DNA from: Chrysochromulina tobinii
Lineage: Eukaryota
DNA length: 48,914 bases
Reading direction: 5' to 3'
Assembly (NCBI GenBank): GCA_001275005.1
Contig: JWZX01002470.1
Location: forward strand, 1 to 48,914
The translations under genes were made by a program, and so were the position numbers. Shown here one piece after another: positions 30,424 to 41,000 of this stretch. Positions within the stretch are counted from its first letter, which is position 1. Every line of letters starts with the position of its first letter. The notes beneath the pieces are model-generated. The model saw nothing but the letters and a program-made list of their open reading frames with translations, ran no database searches and was not told the origin of the DNA.

Positions 30424-31482
30424 ATGCGACTGAGTTTCATGCGCCTCCGTGTTCACGGGCCCAGCGCCCATGCAGCAGATGTGCTGAGGTGCGCGACGCG
30501 GCTCGCCCGCCGTTCAGTGCATGCGCGCCCGTCATACTACCCAGCCAAGGTCGCCATCTACGAGGTGGGCGCCCGCGACGGCCTGCAGAATGAGCCGACG
30601 GTGCTCGACGCCGCTGAGCGCACGGCATTCATCAACATGCTCTCGATGACGGGCGTCGCCTCGGTCGAGGCGGCGTCCTTTGTGCACCCGAAGCTGGTGC
30701 CTCAGATGGCGGGCGCCGCTGAGATCATGCAGACCATCCGGCGCCACAAGCACGTCGCCTATCCGGTGCTCGTGCCGAACCGGCGGGGCTATGATGACGC
30801 TCTCAAGGCTGGCTCGAGCGCAGTCGCCGTCATGTGTTCTGCGAGCAATACATTTGCGCAAAGGAACGTGAAGCAGACGATGCAGCAGCAGGTCGAGGGT
30901 GCCGTAGAGCTCGCCGCTGATGCCGTCGGCAGGGGCGTCCCCATCCGCGGCTACATCTCGTGCGCGCTCGGCTGCCCGTTTGAGGGTGCAGTGCCCGTGG
31001 AGGTGGTCGTAGCGCTTGCCAAGGCGCTGGCCGATGCCGGGTGCGACGAGGTGGTACTTGCCGACACGATCGGTACGGGCACGCCCGGCGGCATGGCCGC
31101 ACTCCTAGCATCCGTGCAACCTCAAGTGCCCGTCGAGCGTCTCGCGGTGCACTGCCACGACACATACGGCCAAGCACTCGCCAACATTCTCGTGGCGCTC
31201 CAGCACGGCGTCGCGTCGATCGACTCGTCGGTAGCCGGCCTGGGCGGCTGCCCGTTCGCCGGGCCGGGCGCCGCGGGCAATGTCGCGACTGAGGACGTGC
31301 TCTACATGCTCCATGGGCTTGGCATCGAGACGGGGGTCGATTTTGATCGCGTCGTGCTCGCAGGCGAGTACATCATCGGCAAGCTCGGGCGTGGGAACGC
31401 CTCGAAGGCGGCCGTCGCGAGTCTCCGTCGCCGTCCAAACGACTTCACGGCGGCCACTGCGCGCGCTGCCGCCTCCACGTAA
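30424..31482 (+). CDS. HMGCL: Hydroxymethylglutaryl-CoA lyase, mitochondrial
   Basis: Arg-rich presequence, EVGARDGLQNE, LADTIG, HCHDTYGQALAN, GLGGCPFA, GNVATED. Confidence 0.95.
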   Translation: MRLSFMRLRVHGPSAHAADVLRCATRLARRSVHARPSYYPAKVAIYEVGARDGLQNEPTVLDAAERTAFINMLSMTGVASVEAASFVHPKLVPQMAGAAEIMQTIRRHKHVAYPVLVPNRRGYDDALKAGSSAVAVMCSASNTFAQRNVKQTMQQQVEGAVELAADAVGRGVPIRGYISCALGCPFEGAVPVEVVVALAKALADAGCDEVVLADTIGTGTPGGMAALLASVQPQVPVERLAVHCHDTYGQALANILVALQHGVASIDSSVAGLGGCPFAGPGAAGNVATEDVLYMLHGLGIETGVDFDRVVLAGEYIIGKLGRGNASKAAVASLRRRPNDFTAATARAAAST

Positions 31483-32385
31483 CGCTATCATAGCGGCCTC
31501 CGGTTCCGTCCCTTGGCCACCCTCCGGCGCGTATAAAAACTAACCATGTTTGTCTCTTGACTTGGGGTTCCATAACCGGAGATTTCTGAAAACTATGTAT
31601 ATCAGGGACACGCGGGGATGGCGGTCTTCCGGTTCCGCTCGGACGTCTTACGATAAGACGTCTTTCGTCTCTTTTTCGTCTCGGACGCGAGGGGTCGCGG
31701 GCCGCGGGCATGGCCGCGCCGGGGCGGCCGCAGAGCGCGGGCCCGGGCGCACAAGGCACTGGTTGCCGCGGGGGCCGGGGCCGCCCGGGGGCCGGCCGCC
31801 GCTCCAGCTTGCCGCCGCGCGCGCCGCCTTACTTGCCCCCTGGTGGACCGTGTGCTCCCGCGTGTCGGCGTGTGCCCCGGCGGACCCCGCGGGGGGGTCT
31901 GCACGGACCCGGCGGCGCGTCGGCCGCGTGTTCGCGAGGGCGGTGGGGTCGCGCGCGCGGGCCGGCCGGGCGACCGGCGTGCCCGCCCGCGAGTTTCTAT
32001 ACCCGACGCGCCTCGCCCTCGGGCGCTTCCTCGCGGTCGCGCGCGGCGCACGGCGGGGATCGGCGACGGGACGACCGTATCCGTACGAGTGACGTGACCT
32101 CCGCACAGTGTGGTGAGCGGGCGCACGGTAGACGCAAGACGGGACCGCACGCTGGACGACCGCAGGGGAAAACTCTAGCATTTGAGCGCACGTTCCTCCT
32201 CTAATATGGACACGCGTACTTGGCTCAGAGCATCCCCTCGGGTTGTGCTCCACCGCAAACTCACGTACCTCGCTCATTCGTTCACAGGCCGCACAGTCTG
32301 CTGCACTCTTTCCGATGATAAAGGCCAGGCGGACCCCCGACGACCTGGCTGTGACTGCCCAATCCCAGCTGCGACTCTAGCGGGC

Positions 32386-33008
32386 TTACTGGGGGAGGAG
32401 CCCCTTGCGGCCCTTGCGGTTGTACAGCTTCTTGACGGAGTCCGGCATCGCGCCCCAGCCAATCCACTTGTCGCCGTCAGCGCCGAGGAAGTCAACGCCG
32501 GAGAGAAAGAGCTGCTTGGCATAGGCTGCAAAACGAGAGAGCACACATGGAGCGGGGACGTCAACGAGCCATCCGGGGAACGGGCGTTGGTTCGTCCGGG
32601 GGTCTGCTTACTGCCAGGCTGGTTGGTGACCCACGGGAAGATGCCGCCCTTGCCCTCAGTCGACGACGAGCGCTTGCCCGAGGAGACGACCGTGCGCTTG
32701 GCGGGTGCCTTCTTGGCCGGCGCCGGCGCAGCCTTCTTCGCCGGGGCCGGCGCAGCCTTCTTCGCCGGGGCCGGCGCCGCCTTCTTCGCAACCGGCGCCG
32801 CCGCCTTCTTCGGCGCCGCCTTCTTCACAGGGGCTGCGGCCTTGGCAGCAGGTGCCGCCTTCTTCGGCGCCGCCTTCTTCGAGGAGCTGAACATGGTCAC
32901 GGCGGACGCGCGCGCAGACTGCGAAACCATGACCGAGGCCACGGGCGCGGTGAACGCGCTCGACGAGGCGATGAGGGCAGCCACAGCGACGAAGAGACGA
33001 AGTGCCAT
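32386..33008 (-). CDS. Small plastid-targeted protein with Lys/Ala/Pro-rich linker; 2 exons
   Basis: Signal peptide ending SSA-F plus transit peptide; KKAAPA repeats. Intron 32526-32611 (A|gtaagc...ttgcag|CC) gives the C-terminus GIFPWVTNQPGTYAKQLFLSGVDFLGADGDKWIGWGAMPDSVKKLYNRKGRKGLLPQ*. Confidence 0.8.
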
Positions 33009-33142
33009 CGCGACTAGATTTCTCGAGATCAGAACGCAAATTGATCAGCGCGGCCAATTTCCCACAGCAACGCGTAGATTCCTGCGTCCTCTCTACAGTT
33101 GGAGTGCCGGCCGGATGACTGACTGTCCCTTCCAACCTTGTC

Positions 33143-33189
33143 AACTTGACTTGACTCGACTTGACTTGACTTGACTTGACGTGACTTGA
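33143..33189. repeat. (ACTTG)n pentanucleotide microsatellite
   Basis: About 9 slightly degenerate copies between two divergent genes. Confidence 0.9.
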
Positions 33190-33200
33190 GTGCGGGATTG

Positions 33201-34421
33201 ATGTGGACGTCGGTGGTGCGCGGGGCGTCGTTGGTGCGTCGTCCGTTCGCGGCTGCGGCATTCGCTACGGTTGGTTTGGCCGTGACGGGTGGGATAAGTG
33301 CTGGTGGACGGCACTCGTTGGTGACGAGCTCGCTCGCCGAGGCCGCAGCGGCGCCCCCTGGATTCGTGAGGGTGGTATCGTACAACGTGCTCTCGTCGCA
33401 CCTCTGCGAGCCGGATCACTTTCTCAAGTGCGCGCCGGCCGATCTGGATCCAGCCACGCGGCGCCAGCGCGTGGAGGCCCTGCTCAAGCCGCAATGCGAG
33501 GCGGAGGCCGTCATTTGCCTGCAGGAGATGTCGGTGCAATGGGTTGGCGAGATGGCACCCTTCTTTGAGAAAGCGGGCTACACCGTCGTGAGCGGCAACT
33601 ATGGCAACCCATTCAACGGATACATGGGCTGCTCGCTCGCGTGGCCGGCCAAACGCTTCGAAGCAGAGGCCGTGGACATCAAGCGCGCCGCCGACGTCAA
33701 GCCATGGCCGAAGAGGCCGAAGAAGCCGCTGCCACCGCGCCTCGTCCAGACCTGGCGGGCGATCAAGCGCATCTGGGGGCTGGGCGAAGAGCCCCAGCCG
33801 CCCTTCAACCCACACGAGGAAGCCTCTCGCCGCCACAACATGCTCGTGAGCGCACGGCTGCGCTGCAAGCGGTCCGGTAAGCTCGTGTCCATCACCACGT
33901 ACCACATGCCGTGTTTGTTCGGTTCGGACGCCAAATGCCAGGTGATGACGTATCACGCGGCGCTCGCAGCGCAGCATGCGCGCGCCTTTGCACAAGGCGC
34001 GCCGTTTATACTCGCGGGCGACTTCAACTTCAAGCCGCACGATGCCCCTTACCAGCTGCTTACGACGTCAGAGCTCCCTACCGGTCACCCACACATGCCG
34101 CCGCCCAATCCAGGCGACACGTGGCGGCCGACCATCGCCGCGCCGCTCGCCTCGGCCTACGTCGCTGTTAACGGCGCCGAGCCCGAGTTCACCAACCTGG
34201 CGGTCACCAAGTTCAACAAGCCCGACGAGCCGCCGTTTTGCGAGACGCTCGACTACATCTTCCTCGGCGATGGCGCGAAATTCAAGTGGAGGGCCCTCAG
34301 CGTGCGGCCGCTGCCCAAGCGCGCCGAGGTGCTGCCCACCTGCAGCTCTTACCCGAGCGCCACCGAGCCGTCCGACCATACCGCCATCTGGGTCGACCTG
34401 GAGCTCACGGATGCTTTTTGA
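33201..34421 (+). CDS. CCR4/nocturnin/PDE12-type EEP phosphohydrolase
   Basis: VVSYNVL, ICLQE, TTYH, AGDFN, TLDYIF, PSDH. ATG at 33201. Confidence 0.9.
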   Translation: MWTSVVRGASLVRRPFAAAAFATVGLAVTGGISAGGRHSLVTSSLAEAAAAPPGFVRVVSYNVLSSHLCEPDHFLKCAPADLDPATRRQRVEALLKPQCEAEAVICLQEMSVQWVGEMAPFFEKAGYTVVSGNYGNPFNGYMGCSLAWPAKRFEAEAVDIKRAADVKPWPKRPKKPLPPRLVQTWRAIKRIWGLGEEPQPPFNPHEEASRRHNMLVSARLRCKRSGKLVSITTYHMPCLFGSDAKCQVMTYHAALAAQHARAFAQGAPFILAGDFNFKPHDAPYQLLTTSELPTGHPHMPPPNPGDTWRPTIAAPLASAYVAVNGAEPEFTNLAVTKFNKPDEPPFCETLDYIFLGDGAKFKWRALSVRPLPKRAEVLPTCSSYPSATEPSDHTAIWVDLELTDAF

Positions 34422-34436
34422 GGGCGAGGCCCGCGG

Positions 34437-34512
34437 GTTGCATCTCGAGGTTGCATCTCGAGGTCACATCTCGAGGTTGCACCTCGATGTTGCATCTCGA
34501 GGTTACATCTCG
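34437..34512. repeat. 13-nt tandem repeat GTTGCATCTCGAG (~6 copies)
   Basis: Directly visible, starting 16 nt after the EEP gene stop. Confidence 0.9.
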
Positions 34513-35066
34513 CCCGGCATCCCGCTGTGGACTCGCTGGAGTGACATCAGAGTGAAATGCGCGGCAAGAACCGAACGGACGAGCCCGCGGCCTCGGGCGC
34601 GCTCCATTGCGCGGCATTGGAGCGTTCTGATCGAGAATCTAATACACGCCTGAGACGGAGATAGCCGCCCGTATCGGCGCGCGACGGTAGGAGATGTTCT
34701 TAAACTGATCCCCCTAACCCCTTTGCATGCGACCAGTCACATACCGCGAGCCGGCGCTCTTCGAACGCGCGCACTGGGCGCGCACCGTCTGAACGGGCCC
34801 CCGCTCGGGCGCTGGCGGTGGCGCTGTCCCGGGGCCTCGCCCTCCACCCACGCCCCACGGTCGATTCTCAAACTAGAAACTTGCTACTTGACTACGTAAA
34901 AGGTAAATGCACACCCATGTCACAACCCTGTGGCTGTGAGCGCATGCTCCGTTTCTCGTATGGGGTCTTGTAAGGTGGTGTGTGTGTCCTGAGTAATAGT
35001 GTCGTTCTTGACGCGGTGTCGTGTTCACGTTCACACAATGAGAACACCCTCGCGGATCGCCTAGAA

Positions 35067-38000
35067 ATGCAGACCCTCTTCTTGAGAAAGAAGAGCACTT
35101 ACGACGCCCCGCCCAGCCCAGCAGCCATGCGGATCGATCCGGAAGTCGCGGATCGAGCGCCATCGACTGTAGTTGGCCATCATCACCAGGTGTACTACGT
35201 GCGAGGCCGGCCCTTCATCGCTCCGGCCTCGGCCATCGTGCGGCGCGCGCCAAACGAGGCGGAACGAGGCAACGGCTACTACAGCCAGGGCAAGGCTGTG
35301 TTATCGAGCAGCGCAAGCCGAGGCAAGATCGCCTCTGGCGCTCTGATCGCTGACGAGGAGTTTGCCGCGCTTTTCCGCAACAATTTGCTCCGCTCGTGCT
35401 GGAAGCCCGGCCTCGCACCCGACGAGGTTCAGGCAGTGCTCACCCTGTGGGAGAGTCGGCTGGTCGAGAGCATGCACCGCTGGCTGCATCCGGAGCTCTG
35501 GCATGGCTTCGGCCGGTGGTGGCGGCGCACGTGGCGCTGGCCGTGGATCAGCGCGGTTGCTCGCAAGGTGTGGTTCCGGCGCGCCGCGCCCGCGCTTTCA
35601 CAGTGGCGCTCCAGGTCACGGATCCGAGCGCTCGGTCCCTTTCTACTGGCTCGCGTACTCATAGGCTGGGTACGCACATGGCGTTACGAGGCGGCGTTCC
35701 GATGCAAAGCGAACGCCGTGTACGTGTTCTTTCCCTTCCGCAAGTGGGTGGCGTTCCACATGCGCGCACGCAGCCGAAGTTGCCAACAGCTCTTCTCCGA
35801 CCGGCAGCAGGTGCGGCTGCAGACTCGTGGCAAGGTGGGTGCGTGGCTGTCGTGGATGTCCCATGCTGCCGAGAGGCGCGTTGCGCGCCGGGCGTTCGCC
35901 CGGTGGCTCGCTCTCGGGCTGAGCCGGGTGCTGAGCACGTGGACCGAGTACGTGCGGCTGCTCGGAGTGAAGCGTCGTGCCGCGATGGCGCTCCGAGGCG
36001 GCGGCTTGCGGCGAGGGTTCGGCACCTGGTTGGAGAATGCGGAGGGCGTGAGGGCAGCTTTCGGCTCTTTGGAGCGCGCCTCCCGTTGCATGCTCAACGT
36101 CTCCACGACGAAAGCCTTCCACACCTGGGCGGGGTATGCGGAGGGCGTGAGGGCAGCCTTCGGCTCTCTGGAGCGTGCCTCTCGTTGCATGCTCAACGTC
36201 TCCACGTCGAAAGCCTTCCACACCTGGTTGGGGTATGCGGAGGGCGTGAGTGCAGCCTTCGGCTCTCTGGAGCGCGCCTCCCGCTGCATGCTCAACGTCT
36301 CCACGACGAAAGCCTTTCGGCAGTGGTCTGCAGAGTGGGGCAAGCGACTCGTCCTGCGGCGTGCACTCGCAACGCTTCGCAATCTGGTGGTGAAGCTTGG
36401 TTTCGTGACTTGGGCGACTCAAGTGAATCTCAGGGTCGAGGCGCTTGTTCGGCTTTCGAAGGCTGTGACCGCACTGCTGTGTCGTGGCCTCAGGGTCGGG
36501 CTGACGACCTGGGCGGTGCACGCCTTGGAGATTGCCGCGCAGGTAGCGAAGCTGCATGCTCCTGCGAAGCGAGCTGCGCGCATCCTGCTGAATCGTGAGC
36601 TCTCTCGAGCCTTCAACGGCTGGTGCGAGCCGTGCACACGCAGGCGACGCATGCTGGCTGCGGTGATGCGGCTGATGCGCCGAGAGCTGCTCAAGAGCTA
36701 CAACACATGGAAGGCGCACACAGCGGAGCTGGCAATGATGACACGCGCGCTGTCACGCTTCGTGCGGCAGGCAGAGGCGGCCGCTCTGCTCGAGTGGCGC
36801 AGCGTGGCTGAGCAGACTGCGAGGCAGATGCAGAGGGTCGAGTGCATCGTACGAGTGATGCTTGTAGGGAGCAAGTTCCTGGCAGCGCTCAACAAGTGGA
36901 TGGCAGTGTGTGCCAACCACAAGTTGCTCGTCCGCGTGTGCAGAGCGCTGCTCGTACAGAATCTCAAGCGCGGCCTCAGCACATGGCTTGCCTTCGCCCA
37001 GGCAAGGCAAGACGCGCTGGCGGCGGTAAGCCGTGCCCTGACGGCGGCCCGGGACGCTCGTCGTCGCGCGTGGAGCACGTGGGCTGAGGGCGTATCTTTG
37101 GTAGTACCGATGCGCATAGCGCTGGTGCGGCTGCAGACTCGTGGCAAGGTGGGCGCGTGGCTGTCGTGGATGTCCCATGCTGCTGAGAGGCGCGTTGCGC
37201 GCCGGGCGTTCGCCCGGTGGCTCGCTCTCGGGCTGAGCCGGGTGCTGAGCACGTGGACTGAGTACGTGCGGCTGCTCGGAGTGAAGCGTCGTGCCGCGAT
37301 GGCGCTCCGAGGCGGCGGCTTGCGGCGAGGGTTCGGCACCTGGTTGGAGTATGCGGAGGGCGTGAGTGCAGCCTTCGGCTCTTTGGAGCGCGCCTCCCGT
37401 TGCATGCTCAACGTCTCCACGACGAAAGCCTTCCACACCTGGGCGGGGTATGCGGAGGGCGTGAGGGCAGCCTTCGGCTCTCTGGAGCGCGCCTCCCGTT
37501 GCATGCTCAACGTCTCCACGTCGAAAGCCTTCCACACCTGGCTGGGGTACGCGGAGGGCGTGAGTGCAGCTTTCGGCTCTCTGGAGCGCGCCTCTCGTTG
37601 CATGCTCAACGTCTCCACGACGAAAGCCTTCCACACCTGGGCGGGGTATGCGGAGGGCGTGAGGGCAGCCTTCGGCTCTCTGGAGCGCGCCTCCCGTTGC
37701 ATGCTCAACGTCTCCACGTCGAAAGCCTTCCACACCTGGCTGGGATATGCGGAGGGCGCGAGTGCAGCCTTCGGCTCTCTGGAGCGCGCCTCCCGTTGCA
37801 TGCTCAACGTCTCCACGTCGAAAGCCTTCCATACCTGGCTGGGGTATGCGGAGGGCGTGAGTGGGGCTCTTCAGAATGTGTCCCAAGCACTGGGCCACTG
37901 GACGTATGCGTTGCTTTCTATTGGCTGGCATGCTTGGGCCACTTACGTCGATGGGATTGACGTCGCGCGGCGCCGACTCCAACAGATTGTCGTACAAGTC

Positions 38001-41000
38001 CATGCGGTTCGCACGGGTTTTGCCTTCAGTGCGTGGGACACGTGGCTGCGGGAGCGAGCTTCAAGGCTCCTTGCGGCCGCACGTCGTGCCGCGGCCTTCT
38101 GGCTCTCCAAGGGAGCTTCGGGCGCCATCAAGCGATGGGTCACTTTGCGCACGCAGAAGCACCTTACGCGGCGCTCGCTGGGCCTCTACATGCAGCGGCA
38201 CCTGCGCGTCTCGTGGTGCAAGTGGGCGCTCTTCAAGCACAAGGCCGTGCCGCTCACGTTTGTACTCGAGCAAGACTTTGACACGTGGACACAGAGGAGC
38301 TCGCTGCGCTTCGGCGCGTTTTTCAAGCAGGCGTTTGGCGTGAGGCTCCGAGACGTTCATGTGCGCCGCCTCAATTGCATGCTGATTGCCCTCCATCGTT
38401 GCATGCTAATTGCCCTCCCTCATTGCATGCTGATTGCCTCCCTCCTCCGAGACGTTCAGGTGCGCCGTGGCTCCGTCATCCTCACGGCCGTGGCCAATCT
38501 GCCTCAGCAGGCCCTCGTGGATCTCTGCCGAGGCAAGCACCGCGAGCGCCTCATTAACGACTTCCGCTGCGGCCCTATCCGCGTCGGAAAGAGCGGCAAG
38601 GGCAACGGCACTCTTTCCCGTGTGTTCAACCGATTCAAGGGATTGGTCCGTGTCCCTCGACTGCTGCGGGGTGCGAACCGATCCCGACACCTCCGCAGCC
38701 TCTCCGCAAGCTGGGCGGTGTGGAGCAACTGGCGACCCGGGCCGTCGCCGCCCATGAACCGCCACCAGTCGCGAGTCGCGGCGCGCTGGCGCAATCGACC
38801 CTTGTCCAAGGCCTTCGATGCGTGGGAGGCGCGCACTGCGGAGCGTTTGACTACGCGCCGTGTCGCCTTGCGCTTCACCCATCGGTCCCTTGGCGCCGTT
38901 TGGGTGGCGTGGGAGGCGCTCTGTGAGAAGCGGCGCGTGATGCGATGCGCCCTCGCGGCCTTGATGCACTCGGAGCTGCGTCGTGGTCTGGTCACATGGC
39001 TCGAGATGCTGGCCGAGCGCGCCCAGACGCAGGCCGTCCTTGCCCGTGCACTCGCGAGCCTTCGCGTCTGGGTGGGCAAGCATGCGTACGTGCGGGCGTG
39101 GAGGAGCTGGCTCGACACACTGGCCACCTATGGGGTGCAGCGCCGGGCGTTCGCCTTTGTACGCAGCCTCGCAGTCATCAGGGCTCTCACCTCGTGGCAG
39201 GAGTATCTGCACATGATGCAGCTGCTCCGGCGGGCTGATGGAGGCTTCCTCCTCCACTCGACAGCGCGTGCGTTGCGCATGTGGTCCGCGCTCGCGTCAC
39301 GGTGCGTCGAGGTGGCCGCGCTCTGTCGCAGCGCGTTGCTCGCCTCTCGTCGTCGAGGCTTCGTGCGCGCCTTTCGCGCCTTCGCGGCGTGTACAGTCGA
39401 GGCGCTTCACAGGCGACGTGCGATCGCGCACTCCATTCAAGCGAGCCTGGCACGTGCGCTGACGAGCTGGGTGCATCTGAGCACCCTCTCTCACGTCGAG
39501 CTCGAGCTTTGGCACCGCGCTTTGGGCATGTGGCCCAGAACGCTCCTCGCTGCTGGGTGGGAGCTGTGGAGGGTCCACGTCGCGAGCCTGCGACTCGGAT
39601 TGGGACTCCGCACCCGCGCGCAGAGAGCATGCCGCACGGGCCGGCATCGGCGTGCCTTCGACGTCCTAACCGCCTGCATCGTCGACTTGTTCGCCTCGGC
39701 GCAGCGGGCCGCAGCCGCACGCACCTTCCGGCAACGGTCGAGCTTTCGGGGATGGGCGTCGTGGCGGGCGCACGAGGCGACGCTCGAGCCGTTACGGATC
39801 GCCGCCGCGCGCATGCGCCACGTGGCAGCGGGCCGTGCGCTCCGTGGGTGGCTCGCGGTCGTGGGCGATGCCGCCCACGCACGCGCCCGGATGCAAGCCG
39901 CGCTGCATGCGGGGATGCGCCGAGCGTTCACACGAGCGTTCACACGGTGGAGCACCTCCCATGCGGAGCGCGAGCTGAAGCTGTGCAAGATGCGCACGAC
40001 GCTGCAGGCTCTCGCTGGTTCGCCAATGAGCGAGGCTCGCTGGTTCGTCAATGACTCGCTGCAGGCTCTCGCTGGTGGCCACCGTATCCTCCGTGCCTTC
40101 AACACGTGGAAGTTCGAGCTGCACGCCGCGGTGCACCGGCTGCGCGCCGCCAGCGCGCTGCTCGAGCGCCTGGCCCTGGACGCGTTTCGAGGCTGGGCGG
40201 CCGTCTGCGCGTATGAACGTTTCGTCGTCGCAGCCTTCGCTCACTGGCGGCATAGGAGCCTACGGCGCTCGGTACGGCGCTGGCGCAAGGTCGGGCGCCG
40301 ATTGGACCTGCAAGCCAGCTGCGTCGCCTGCGCCCATTATTCACAGTGCGCGGTCCGAATCGGGCTCCGCACGTGGCTCGGAGCGCTCGAGAAGTATCAG
40401 ATGCTGGTGCTCGCCCTTGCCGCTTTTGGGCACTTCTCGGCGCGCCGTGCCCTCAAGCGCTGGTGCATGCATGCGGCGACGCATGGGCTCGTACGCCACA
40501 AGGAGCGCGCCGTGGCGGGCGGGCGTTACGCGACTATGCGCGTTGCGGCCCTCCGTCGCTGGCAAAGCGCCGTCGTGAGTGAGATCGCGAGCCTCCGCCG
40601 CTTGAGCACAGCCGTTGAGGCGGGTTGGCGCGCCGTCGCGGGCGCGTTCCTGCGCAAGCTGCGTGAGGCCATGGCGCACAGCGCGCTCACGCAGAGCCTG
40701 CTGCTGCAGTGGCGACAGCGCCGGGTTGGGCACCGGCTCTATCAGTGGCGCGTGCGGTACGCGTGGGCGAGCCACGTGGCGCGCGTCCACAGGCTTCTCG
40801 CTCACCTGCCGGAGTGGCGAGCGCTGTCCCGGTGGATGGGGTGCTTGCAGATCCATCGGCGGCTGCACATGTTGGCGGGCTCTTTCCGTCCACTCCATCA
40901 GCGACGTGCCTGGTTCCGCACATGGAGGGATCACACGCGACGGCCCCCGCTCGTGCCACTGGGCGCGCCGAGCCATCTACGCCCGATCCGCTCGATGACG

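Noticed and set aside
32274..32525. ORF-track C-terminus of the 244-aa plastid protein
   Set aside because: It is read-through of an 86-nt GT-AG intron. The spliced frame ending at 32386 is more protein-like.
34710..34722. Telomere-like CCCTAACCC word
   Set aside because: Only about one and a half units, which is expected by chance.
36024..37862. Regular repeats resembling a CRISPR array
   Set aside because: They are contiguous in-frame 99-nt coding repeats with no unique spacers, no cas genes and a eukaryotic context.
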